In this document: piece by piece, positions 13,701 through 25,700 of the stretch
How the letters are laid out: each line of letters starts with the position of its first letter
Position numbering within the stretch: the first letter of the stretch is position 1
DNA from: Ascidiella aspersa
Taxonomy: Eukaryota
NCBI GenBank assembly: GCA_963924565.1
Contig: OZ004612.1
Location: 10,726,001-10,790,000, forward strand
Reading direction: 5' to 3'
Length of the DNA stretch: 64,000 nt
Notes under the pieces: generated by a model
What the model saw: the letters and a program-made list of their open reading frames with translations, nothing else
The model's database searches: none
Told to the model about the DNA's origin: nothing
Program-made: the position numbers and the translations under genes

Positions 13701-16700
13701 ATGATTCCGTTTGGGTAGTGCTTTTTAACCTTTTACTGTCGCTGGCCACAAGGGCTTAATTTCGATTACCTTTTACAATAAATAAAAATAACACTAGATC
13801 GACCTTCTAACTTGCATTCAAATAAACATTAAAGACGATTCGGGTATAGGGTAGTGTTTTTTAGCGCCGTTACCCCTGAGAATGGCTTAATAGATTTCAA
13901 ATACTTCTTTAGTACCACAAAAGGTAATTTATGCCGAAAAGTGTTGATTTGCATCAGGCTAACACAGTTGCAGGTGACAATCTTGCCACGTATCAAAAAG
14001 AAGTACAAAAAGGTGTTAGAAGGGGCCAAGTAGTCGGGCCAACATGGTGATATGTTTCAATAAATGAATGGAAATTGTTGGTTACACTATGCACGTGAAT
14101 TTTGCAAATCCAAAAATGTCGAATATATCGACATCTTTTTGATTAAGACGTTTTGAATAATGCCTCAACTGTAGAAACTCAGACTGATAACGATTGCGTC
14201 CTACCTTTTATAAGTAATTTCTGCTCAGTCGCACTAACTGAAGATGATACAAGCCCGTATCGAAACGTCCTAATAAAGATAATGTCGATCTACTCGACCT
14301 TTCTGGCTTTGCAATTCATTATCAAGTTAATGGAAATATATAAACAATAAAACGAACTTTCTAGCTCTTGTTATAAACTATGCTTTGCATGATTTCAGAC
14401 GAGATTCTTCTTGACCCCGACGACCGACCCCTCGAACTCGCGGTCAACTCCAAGTCACCTTTGACCTTTCACCTGGTGACCGGCGCCGACAGGAACGCCG
14501 AGCTCCTGAACAACCTACGTCACGAAGGTTATTCCCCCGAGCAGAGAAGGAGGCTGATGGAAAAGTAAGTTTGTTTGCTTGTGTAGAAAGGCTTGATTTA
14601 TAAAGTAATGGCTTTATAGTTGTTTCAACTGAAAAAGAACTCTTTATGTAATGTTGCGTACAAAACAAGTTGTCAGTTTTGTGTTAAACAGCTCCTGGTT
14701 GCCTTAAGTACCGAAATCAATAAACCAACAAAGATTTGTTTACAAGGTAGGCAACTAGAAGTCAAGAAACAACCATGGTTCCGTTACCTGATGCACCCTA
14801 ATCGTATCCTCAGTTCCGAATAATAACTTATATGCATATTTATATTTGGGATCGGTCATTTAAGTGGTCCTAGTTAACGATACCATTTCCGTATTTTCCT
14901 GTCAGACCCCAAAGTAATTCCACAGCAAGTAAAACAGCGATTAGACAATCAGAAGTCTAAAAACAATCATGACTGAGCTGACTGCTGCACCCTAATCGCA
15001 CTGAGACAACTCATTGAACGAATTAAGATACCATTTCTGTATACCATTTTACTGTCAGACCCCTAAATTATTCCACAACAAGTATATACAGCGATTAGAC
15101 AATTAAAAGTCAAGAAACAACCATAGCTCCGCTGCCTGCTACACCTAATAGCACTTAGACGATTTATTTCTTTTATTGCAATACTATAACTGTTTTGTGT
15201 ACCACTTTTCTGTCAGACCCCCAAGTTATTCCACAACAACTAAAACAGCGAGTAGACAATCATGAGTCAGGAAACAACCATAGCTCCGCTGCCTGCTACA
15301 CCTAATGGCACTGAGACAACATTGAACGGGATACGATACCTTTTCTGTGTACCTTTTTTTTGTCAGACCCCTAAGTTATTTCACAACAACTAAAACAGCA
15401 AATCGTCTCGCGCAGGTTCAACCTCAATCCGGATCATGATGAAGACGACAAGGACTCGATGGCGTCGTCGACGAGCACGACTCCGGGACGCCGGACGAGC
15501 CTGAGCGGAAGCAGCGGAGGGAGCATCCGTAGGAAGATGGAGAGCAGGAGGAAGACGACGTCGCCTCTTCTCGTTGCCGCTATGGCAAAACTTAACGGTA
15601 AAATCAGGAAGGAATGTTTAATATACATTTTAGGTTTGGGATATTCTGTGATGGAAGATATTATTGCGGGTGCTGTTTTTAAGCCAATTTTGACAATGTT
15701 AATTTTTTTAAGAGTTTAGCCCGAAGCGATGTATAATCTTGTGGTAAGTCACGCTTAAAATATTTTATCACTTACAGCTAAATCATCAATAAGTTGTTCG
15801 ATTTATCATTTTTTTTATTTTTATGGCTCGCAAACGACTGCAAACATAGTTTTATTTTCCTAACTATACTTATACCACGTTTTCACGACGCTCTTTGTTT
15901 AAATGTAAATTCTTGCGATAATTCTCTTATAGCGATTTATTTCTAAATCTATAGTGCGACGATTTAATTTAACATCGCCTAAAAGCAGGCGCAAAAGCGT
16001 AAACTGTTACGAAAGAAGCAGCTTGTCTGTTGTCTGTTGTTGAAGGCCAATATTGAAAAGTCAAGGTAAGCACACAATCAAAACTAGCGATGCTTTTCTT
16101 TTGACAGGCTAGGCTATGTCAGTAAAAAGCGCAATTTTTAGATTTTTATAGCTCGCAAACGACTACAAATAAAGTTTTGATTCCCCTACAGTGCTGTCTT
16201 GAGTTTGCCGTTATCCGTTTAAAACGTATTTCTTTGCACATATTTCACGATGCGTTTAGGCTGATGTCTTCTGACAAAGGCTAATATTACAATGTCAAAG
16301 CAAACACACGTCAAAATGCTTTTATTGTCGGCGCCAAACAACGTCAATTTTATTCGCAACAGGCAACGGTGACGTCAGCCGCAAGTCGAGTCAGCGTCGC
16401 AGCGAGGCGCCAACCATTGTGAGCAAGACGCCGACCCACCAGCGTCCCAACACCAAGTCCTCCACCCTACGGAGGTCCGAGACCGACATCAAGTCCTCCA
16501 GTCTTCCCAACACCGGCGTCAAGGACTTATCCTCGTCCGCTTCCTCGGTCGCTGTTAACTCCGCAGAGTCCACTCCTGGCAAGAGCAACTCGCGGACGCG
16601 GACCGGGCGGATGCGCAGCGTTAAGCAGAAGAAGAGCGCCACGATCGCCAACCGCCGCGAGCCACGATCCGCATCCGCGCGCCGCCTCTTCTTCAGTCTT

Positions 16701-19700
16701 CGGAAGAATCGCGCGCGCTCGGCTTCGCGCGATCGCCAGGAGTCCAAGGATCGCGGAGGCGCGTCCGAGTCGGAGGGCTCCTCATCCCCCACCAAGAAGA
16801 CCGAGTTGTCGTCGGATGTTAATCTTCCAGGCATCCTCAAGATTTTTGGCGACGCCGTGAGTCCTGGAGCCAACTACAAGAGCGTGATGGCCACGCGCCA
16901 GTCCAACTCCCAGGAGCTGGTCAAGATGGCCCTGCAGCGCTACGGGATTCCCCGGCACCAGGCGCGCGACTTTCTGCTCTGCGAGGTCGTGGGCAGGGTC
17001 CAGGACGGCCAGGACGGCGCCGAAACTTCCGAAAAGGGCCTTAAAGTGAAAGCGGACAAGCGAAAGAGAAATACGAGTGAGTTCCGCCTGTTTGTTGTCC
17101 TACACTTTTACTCACTTTAAGTCGTTGACACTTCGTTGAAAGTCTTTAAATTTAGTTGTATATTGAAAAGTCGAAAAGGAAACATGTTTTGAAAAAATTA
17201 TCGTTGTAAAAACATCATTTTACTATTTTTTATTCTATTTGGTATTCTGTTGTACTTGTTATTGTGTTGAATATATTTTGTTATTGTGTTTAACTATTTG
17301 TTGTTGTGTTGAGGATGGCATTTATACTGTTTTTTTTTACGAATTATATTAAAAAACGTTAAGCCATCCAATTTTAGGCATTTGAGGCTTTAAAAAGCTT
17401 TTTTTAACTGTTTTACTTGGTTTGTTCTTTTGCAACGTCGCCAAACCGCTCGAAACGAAAGTGCTTCTAGATTTAACCGCAGCGCGCTTAAAACAACACT
17501 CTGCTGAAACGTTCCATGTTAAAACTGACACTATCGGTTTATTTGTACAGCGGTAATTTACGCGATACAAAAGTTTCGAGGGTTTTTCCAGTAATAATAA
17601 CTCGATGACTCAACACCAGTGCGCATTTTAGGAAAATCATGCCCTTGGCAATTTAGGCGTCCTTAGACCAGAAATACTTACTGACATACCCTTTTTAAAT
17701 TAGGGAGCGCCTCTCTGGATCTGACAGCCTCACTGGCGGCAGGAGTCGGCGGGGCGAGTTTTCAGGAGGACTACGTGCGCCCCCTGAACGACCACGAGAA
17801 GCCACTCCTCCTCCAGTCCTACTGGAAGCCTTTGGACGGACTCTGCAGGAGATTCGAGATCAGGAGGAGATCTCAGGTAAACTATATATGGATAGTTAAA
17901 TTGACTACATGGAAATGATTTATCTAGGAATTAACAATTAATATCTCAAAACTCAGATTAGAAACAAGCTTGTTTTAGACGTGTTTGGTTAGCGACTTTA
18001 AGCAGATCTGGACCATTCATAAATGTCTTGAAGTTTGAATTACTGGAGTGTTTGACGTTTGCTGGTTATCAAACATAACCTAGTTTTAGTACACCGAAAA
18101 GCCATTGCAGACTCACCGAATCTGTCGATCAATGATGCAAGCAGAGCAGACTAGAAAAACAACTAGCCTGCAGTGAGGTTCGAACTCACGACCTCCGGTC
18201 AAGCCGGGACCGTCGCTCTACCAACTGAGCTATGCAGGCTCAGAAGGGAACGAGTCGAGAAACAACCATACGCCAATGCTTGCTCAATCTGTTAGTACAA
18301 GCAGCTTCATAACGAAGGGGATCGCCAGTATCATATCATAATACAATGAAACATATGTACACACATATATGTGTGCTTACAACTGAGATCTAGCCCTTCT
18401 GAAGCTGCTTTTTGACCAACGATAACGGCTTACGTATTATTAGTACACCGAAAAGCCATTGCAGACTCACCGAATCTGTCGATCAATGATGCAAGCAGAG
18501 CAGACTAGAAAAACAACTAGCCTGCAGTGAGGTTCGAACTCATAACCTAGTTTTAAGCGAATTTTGCAAAAAAATTCGAATCGTGAATCCATCTTAATTA
18601 TTAGTTTGTTTAATTTATTTAAACAATTTTTCAATTTAGGCAGTGATTCAGAAGGTTTTCAAATTAAAAAAAAAAAAAGTAATCGAAATATGTATAAACG
18701 TTTGCGAAATAACGGATGCCCATCAAATGATAGTAATTAAATACTAATTGGCGCCTGACATTGGTCATTTCCAAAATTGGCTTAGCAGCGTTTTAGCTAA
18801 TTGACCCATCAAAGCATACCAAGCAAATTTCTTAAACTTTGTGAAAAATGCCAAACATGCGAATGTACAACTGGTGGTATTTTATCTGTTCTAAACTAAG
18901 TGGTTTATTTCAGGTTTTCAAAAAAGCCGAAAAAGATCACGCAACCAGAGATATCAACAACCAAGCCAGGCGGCTCGTGATGGCCAAATCAAGGTATTAT
19001 TTATTGATTTATTGCCCTAAAACGCCTTGCAAAAGAATTTATAAACATAAATTGACATTGAAATATATGTTGGTACTATATATATAAACTTGACAAAATT
19101 AAAGTTGCCGGAATCGGTATTCCTAAATCTATATATATTTCTTTTATGCTGTTTAAATATGCCTTTTTTGCAGATAATTTACAATAATACACAAATCACT
19201 ACTTTGGATCGTAAATTGTGGCTGAAATTCCTATTTTTTGTATCGGATCGGCACCGATACCACCCTACTATCTAACCAACTATAGTCCTAATACTTCCAC
19301 TTAGCATCTAGTATTGGCTCCGATCCGATATATTCGGACATTCCTACTCTATTATAATAATTGTAATAAACATTACTTTAACGTTTCAGAACAAACATCA
19401 ACGTGGCGCTCAACCAGCCTCAAACCGACAGCGAAGACTCGGAGGCCGAGCCTGAAGTCAAAGCCAACTCTAAAACCGCATCGTCCCAAGCCGAAGCCCC
19501 AAAACCTGCCGCGGTAGAAACGCCCGTTGTCGATTCACCTGCCAAGGAGTCCGCACCTGCGCGCGATACTCAACCGGAAATGGCGCCAATCGATGACGTA
19601 GCTGGTGACGTCACCACCGGAAGTAAAGCGGAAGCGGAGCAGCCTTCGGTGCCCTGCCTGATAACCCTGCAAGGCGACGTCGGCGGCAGCAAGGGCGATA

Positions 19701-22700
19701 GTCTCATACACTATTTAAAGCTGCCGGAAACGCTGATTGGCTGCCAGGCGTCTGACGTCAGACTGGCGGCACGTGACGTCTTTCCGCACCACTGCGTCCT
19801 CAAGCGACGCCTCGAGATCCTGTTCAACGAAAGCGCCGAGTTCGAGGCGATTAAGCGCTGGTGCGTGACCGTGAACCCGCTTCACCCCAAAGCCGAGGTT
19901 TCGGCCAACGGCTTCCGAGTGACATCAGAGTACACGTTGCAGCACGGAGACATGCTCACCATCGGCAAGAACTGCATGTTTATGTACAAGGACCCGGCGT
20001 CCAACGTGAACCTTAGCAATAAGTTCTCGTTTGGCGAGAACAACAAATCCGCGCCCGCGCCCAGCGGCGATTTACCGCGAGATGTCGCTGTCGAGCCGAA
20101 GCCAAAGCTCCGCGAAATCCCGACCGAGTTGTCCTACCAGGTGGAATGCGAGGACGAGGTTTTGAACGCCATCTTTGACTCGGGCAAGGAAATGGACGAA
20201 AGGTGCGCGAGCTACCCGTTCGCGCCTGCTGCCCTCTTGTGTCAGTGTGTGGTGCATTCGTGCCTGAACTTTCGCCTGGAACACAAGAATGACCTGCTTC
20301 TCAAAATCGCGAGCAATTTGCAGACCCTTGTTCTGGTAAACATAACATTGTTAGGTTTTACTTTTAAGTTTACATTGTTGTTTTGATGTAGTTGATTGAT
20401 ATTTTGCTTTTAAAGTTGCACTTGTACATAAAATATTTTTACAAAAAATAAAGTTGACGCAAAACATATGTTATTAATATTTATTGCCTGGGTAAACGCA
20501 CACTTTAAAGCAACCTGTATTGATATTTGTTTCTTTAGAACTCCACCAGAAACGTTTCGGTGCAAGAAATCCAAACGTAAGTGACGCGTTTAAGTTTCAA
20601 CTTTTGTGTTTGAAGTATGTTTATATATTAATAAATGGTTAGGCATTTTGAAGTATAGGTATAGCTATTTTTCTTCCTTCAAGGTGTTCAAGACTTATAT
20701 TGGGGACAGCCAAGTGGTGTAAAATAAACGTATTGTTAAGCAAATAGCAAAATTCTGCCTTATAACAAAATTTATATTTATCGGTAAACTTAAAGTTTCC
20801 GTTTCACTCTATTGCAATACCTTAACAAGCAACACGATATGTCTCAGGAAATTAGAGATTTTAAACCAACTTGTAAGTAATAAAGCGTCTCCTTGGTTCC
20901 TCCAGGTCGTCGGATCCCGAGAAGAACCTCCATCTCCTCCTCCCCTCCCTCCGCCCGGTTGTCTACTGGATGTCCAACTCCTTGGAGATCTTCGAGTTCC
21001 TCCAGAAGGATCTGATGCCGACGCTTCGTGAGAAAGTGGATGATGCGAAACAACGGTAAGCAATTCATTAGTACTATATACTATGAGGGGCCTGTGCACA
21101 CTTTTTAATTTGCTCAATAGGAGCCCGATCTATACTTTCCTGTTTATATGAAAATCAGACTGAAGCTTATGCCCAAGATGGTATTTAGGGATGTTTTTTT
21201 AATCATGCATATGTTAATTACGCCCCTGAATCAATGCGTTTATAAACTTTAACCAGAAAACCATATTCATGTGCCCTCAAATTGAAGCTTAAATAAACTC
21301 ATAGGATATTCTTTCTAACAATATATAAAAGTCCCACCACCGTTGGTGGTAACGTGTATAGTTATCGATACTCGTGGGTTATTTTAAAATGCCCTAAAAA
21401 ATATGTTTATATTTGAAACCTTCTTAGTTTTATTGTAAAACCTGTATCTTCCTTATCATTGCCCCTGTAAATCTTTTGCCAATTTGCCATTTTGCCATTT
21501 TTACCACTCAAGCTTCATCTTATTTCTCGCACATTTTACTTTAGGGGAGAGGTCGACCCGGTATTTTTGGACGAAATCGAGGACTTTGAAATCAACGAGG
21601 AAATTCTCGCGCTTCTCGAGGAAGTCGTCATGTACGCCTTCCAGCAACTTGTTTATTACCTCACAAAGGTCAGCCCTCGTGTGTTGTGACGTGTGTTGTA
21701 GGAATGCAGAGAATGACGTATTTGAACTTGCGTCATAAGGGTTTCTGATGAAAAAGCTTCTGATGTATTAAAAATGGTTCAATTTTCTAAATATAGCGCC
21801 AAAAATGCATAGTGACACCTAATGTTTTTGTTCCAGGGCATTTTAATGAACACATAAAAATAATGCAAAATGCATCTTCGACAATGATGTCTCTTATTTT
21901 TGACTTATTGTTTGACAAATATTTGACTTGCGGGCTAAAAGTCGATCTAAAAGGTGAAAAGCAACCCTCCGGAAGTTTAGCCTATTGACTTTTTAATTGT
22001 CCGAAGGTGGCACCAATAAAAAATACCCTTCTTTTGCTTTTCTGTTTTTGAATTGCAAAATACCGTAAGGATAACCGGCCAGCTTGCCATATAAACAGCA
22101 ACCAAACTGTATATTAATATTTAACGTGCAATTAAGCTTCCTTTATTTTATTTTATTTCTGTCGCAAAGTTTTATTGTTTTCTAAGTAATTTTGCAAGCA
22201 CCCCATATAAACAACAACCTCAGAAACGACACTTTGCCACAGACTCTCTACAGCCACCTGCCGGCGCTGCTCGACTGCAATCCTTTCGCCGAGAACGCGT
22301 CGAACGTGGCCGGCGTTGATCACGTGACCGGCGTGTTCGAGAGCGCTCGCGAGATGGCGTCCACTTATGACGTGAACCAGCACATCTCCGACCAGCTCTT
22401 CGCCTATCTCTTCTTCTTCACCAACATCTCGCTCTTCAACACTCTAATGGAGGACGGTGAGTTTTGTTTGCCGATGGCCTTTTTCTTTTTTGTTCTTTTC
22501 ATTTCGTTTTTTGCTTTTATTTGCGCCGATGGCTTTTAAAACCCCTTTGCCGATTTTTTTAAAGGTGCGCATTATAAGATTTCCCTTCCACTTAATAGGT
22601 TAATAATAATTTATATTATGACTTACGTTTCTCATTTATAGTGGCTAAATCGTTATGTACTTTGTAAAAAAAGGATTGACATAGTATATTGTAGTTGTTT

Positions 22701-25700
22701 TTAATTAGGATATATTGTTAGAACATTCAGTTGTTTATAGGTGTTTTCAAATTGAACTTTGATTTACCATTTATGGGTCCACGAGTGTGAGTGTTAGATA
22801 TCAAAGTTTAAAATCAAGCACACAAGCTGTATTCGTTCGTATCTAGCTGGCGTCAAACCGAATACACTCATATTACAACGAATCATGACACCTCTAATGC
22901 TCACCATGAAAATCAACATTCCGGTTTAGATTGCTTCAATATTTCGGCTTTGAATTGAAACACAAATCTACACAACCCTTTCAGCATCTTTGGTGGCCTG
23001 CGAAGACATATCGTTTCTATTGTGCGCAATGTTTACTTTATTCCTTCCGAGACATACACTGCATGCAAGTTTTATACAGGCCTTTTTTCAAAACTCGCCA
23101 CCTTGTCCATTTCTCAACCTGCTTTAATCGCCCCACACAGACTCGGCACTCAAGTACTACCGGTGGGACATGGGCGCGCGAATACAGGGCAACCTGGAAC
23201 AGGTAGAGACCTGGGCCGACGACGCCGGCTACGACCGACAGTTCTGCACCTACCTGGACAAGGTCTCGTCCCTCGTAACCCTTCTGGCCACGCCCAGGAC
23301 ACAAATCGCGAAGGTGAGGAAAATGTGAAACTAACAGCCGCGTTGCAATTCTCTCGTTTGACCTGAAAATAACTTTTGGGTTTCATTCGCTGAATACATA
23401 GAGTGTCTATTGAATATGCGCCGATTATTCAGTCGGTTTTAGACTTTTGAAATTTAATCCCTTAGGAAAACCTTATCTAATTTTGGTATTAGGAATTCCT
23501 TTTGGAGCCTAGGCCGTGCATTTATAATTGGTCTGATATAAAGCAAAGACAACACTTTTTGATATGGTTATTTATGGTAAGCCTACATTGGAACTATTTA
23601 AAAGTTTCGTTTGAAAACTATGAATGATGCTGACATTAAATACGCATTTAAGCGTAAACCAAATATTTGTATTTTGGTTCAGTATCTTTATGTCGACAAT
23701 CGACATGTTCACACAGGCAACACACTATTGCAGTCATTTACAGACGAGTGCAAGATCATTCGTAATATATGTATCAAATCTTACATATGTGTTGAATCGT
23801 AGAACGGAATTACTATTTCTACGAAGCTGTGAACGTTTCACTGCGATCGTTCGTTCACATCAATTTCACGAATATCTTGTAATTACACCTAATGTAACTC
23901 AACAGAGTTCGTGGTCGGTCTTCCGCCAAACCTTTCCTGCCATCAACCCGTGCCAGCTCCGACACGTCCTGGAAGGCTACCGGTTGCCTAGCAACCAGGT
24001 GAAGCCTCCCTCCTGGAGCCCGAGTCCAGAGGAAGGCGAGGACTCCCTTGACGAGAGTGAGTGCAACCTTGTACTCTGACTTAATAAATTAATAAATTTT
24101 ATCCCTGAAGTCAATTCAGTTATAGGGTTAGCCTTATTCTTTTCGACTTTATTTTTCAATACTTAAAAGTTATCTCTCACCTTTATATGCTTATATAAAT
24201 GATGCTTATTTTGATAATTTTTGACACAGTTTGTTTTTGCGTTAAGATGTTTATACCTCGGGTCCACGCTGAATTTAACAGTTGTTATTTTATGTTTTTA
24301 TTGTACTCGTGTACATGGATCTAACATCACTCTATCAAACGATATTTGTATTCAGATCTGCTCATGGAGAGCTACGACCAGCATCCGCCCCTCATGCTCC
24401 CGGTGAGCGGGACCCGGATCGACTTCGAGCGTTTGCCCGAGGGTCGCTGGTTCAAATCCCTCGTGGACCAAGTGCGCCGGGCGGGGAATCCCCAGGGCGC
24501 GGTCAGAGAGCAGCCCGAAGGCCGCGAGATCGCTTCGGACGCGTCACAGTCGCAGCGTGATCTTCCTAGCAACGGTGATGACGTCACGAGCGAAAAACGT
24601 GACGCGGCGCCGGTGGCCAACGATGACGTCAGAAAACACGTCACCAAATCCAAGCCGGCTAGCGATAGTCCCGGCGCGAACTCAGTGCGTTCCAAATCGT
24701 CGCACCATTTGGGGGAGACCGCGTCCAAGGGGGGTCAAGGGAGAATTGTGTCGTCATCATCCTGCTCGTCGTCATCAAGCGAGCCGGAGGGTTACGTCAT
24801 CAGGCAGCATCGCAGCCGGCACCGCAAGACGAGTGACGTCATAGGCAGGGCGAGTCCATCGCAGGCGATTAACGAGCTACTGATGGAGGACTCGGCAAAG
24901 AAGTCGGATGAGAGGGGCAAGGAGTGCGATGAAGTTCTTCTGCTTCCGATCTCGGAGACGACCTCGGTTCCGACCCAAGTGTCTTCAAACCTGACTGAAG
25001 GTAGAGCACTTTTGTTTAATTTGTTAGAACTTTGGTTAAGTTGTTGTTGGTCAATTTCGCGATACGCATTATTTCTGTTGCAGTAAGATTTCTGCTTGGT
25101 AATATGAAACAAAACTAAAAACTGGAAGTCGATGCTGATGTGCTCTTTTTTAAATCTGCTTCTCTTATTTATTTCCTGTTTTATTTCAATTTCGGCTCAA
25201 TATGGCTTTAAATGTTCTTCCGCACCATGGTTTTTAAGTATAGTAACCTAACAAATGTTCTAAACTGGACCCAAAACACACTCAACAGTGCGAAACCAAT
25301 TTAACAGTTATTATAAAACCACTCTTTTAACTGCAATGGTGATGCGTGAAGAACTCTATGTCGCAAATAAAGTCCAACTTAATTATGTTAAAACATTACC
25401 TTGTCCAGCAGTTAAATCCTCGTCGCCCACTGACGATTCGGACACTTCCAGCAACAAGTCGCAAGGTGGCGCCAAAGGCATGCCCAGGGAGGTGTTTATC
25501 GTCGACATCAAGAAAGGCAAGAACGGGCTCGGTGTTGGACTGGTCGACGGCGCCGTGACGTCACTAGGAACCGCGGGGGTCTTCGTGAGATCCCTGGTGC
25601 CAGACGGGCCGGGCGTTAAGGTACATGATGATGAAAAAAAAGACATTTTAAGCGTTTGTGCTCTACGCCTTGATGTGACTCTACACCAGTGGTCGGCAAA

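Noticed and set aside
16391-16873. Antisense ORFs over GC-rich exons (also 24372-24728, 25383-25718, 51929-52414, 52242-52568)
   Set aside because: Shadow frames of real GC3-rich exons on the opposite strand.
18165-18239. Functional tRNA-Ala(GGC) gene
   Set aside because: C33 and T37 in the anticodon loop, an extra base before the anticodon stem, no G3:U70 alanine identity pair, and it lies inside a TSD-flanked repeat.
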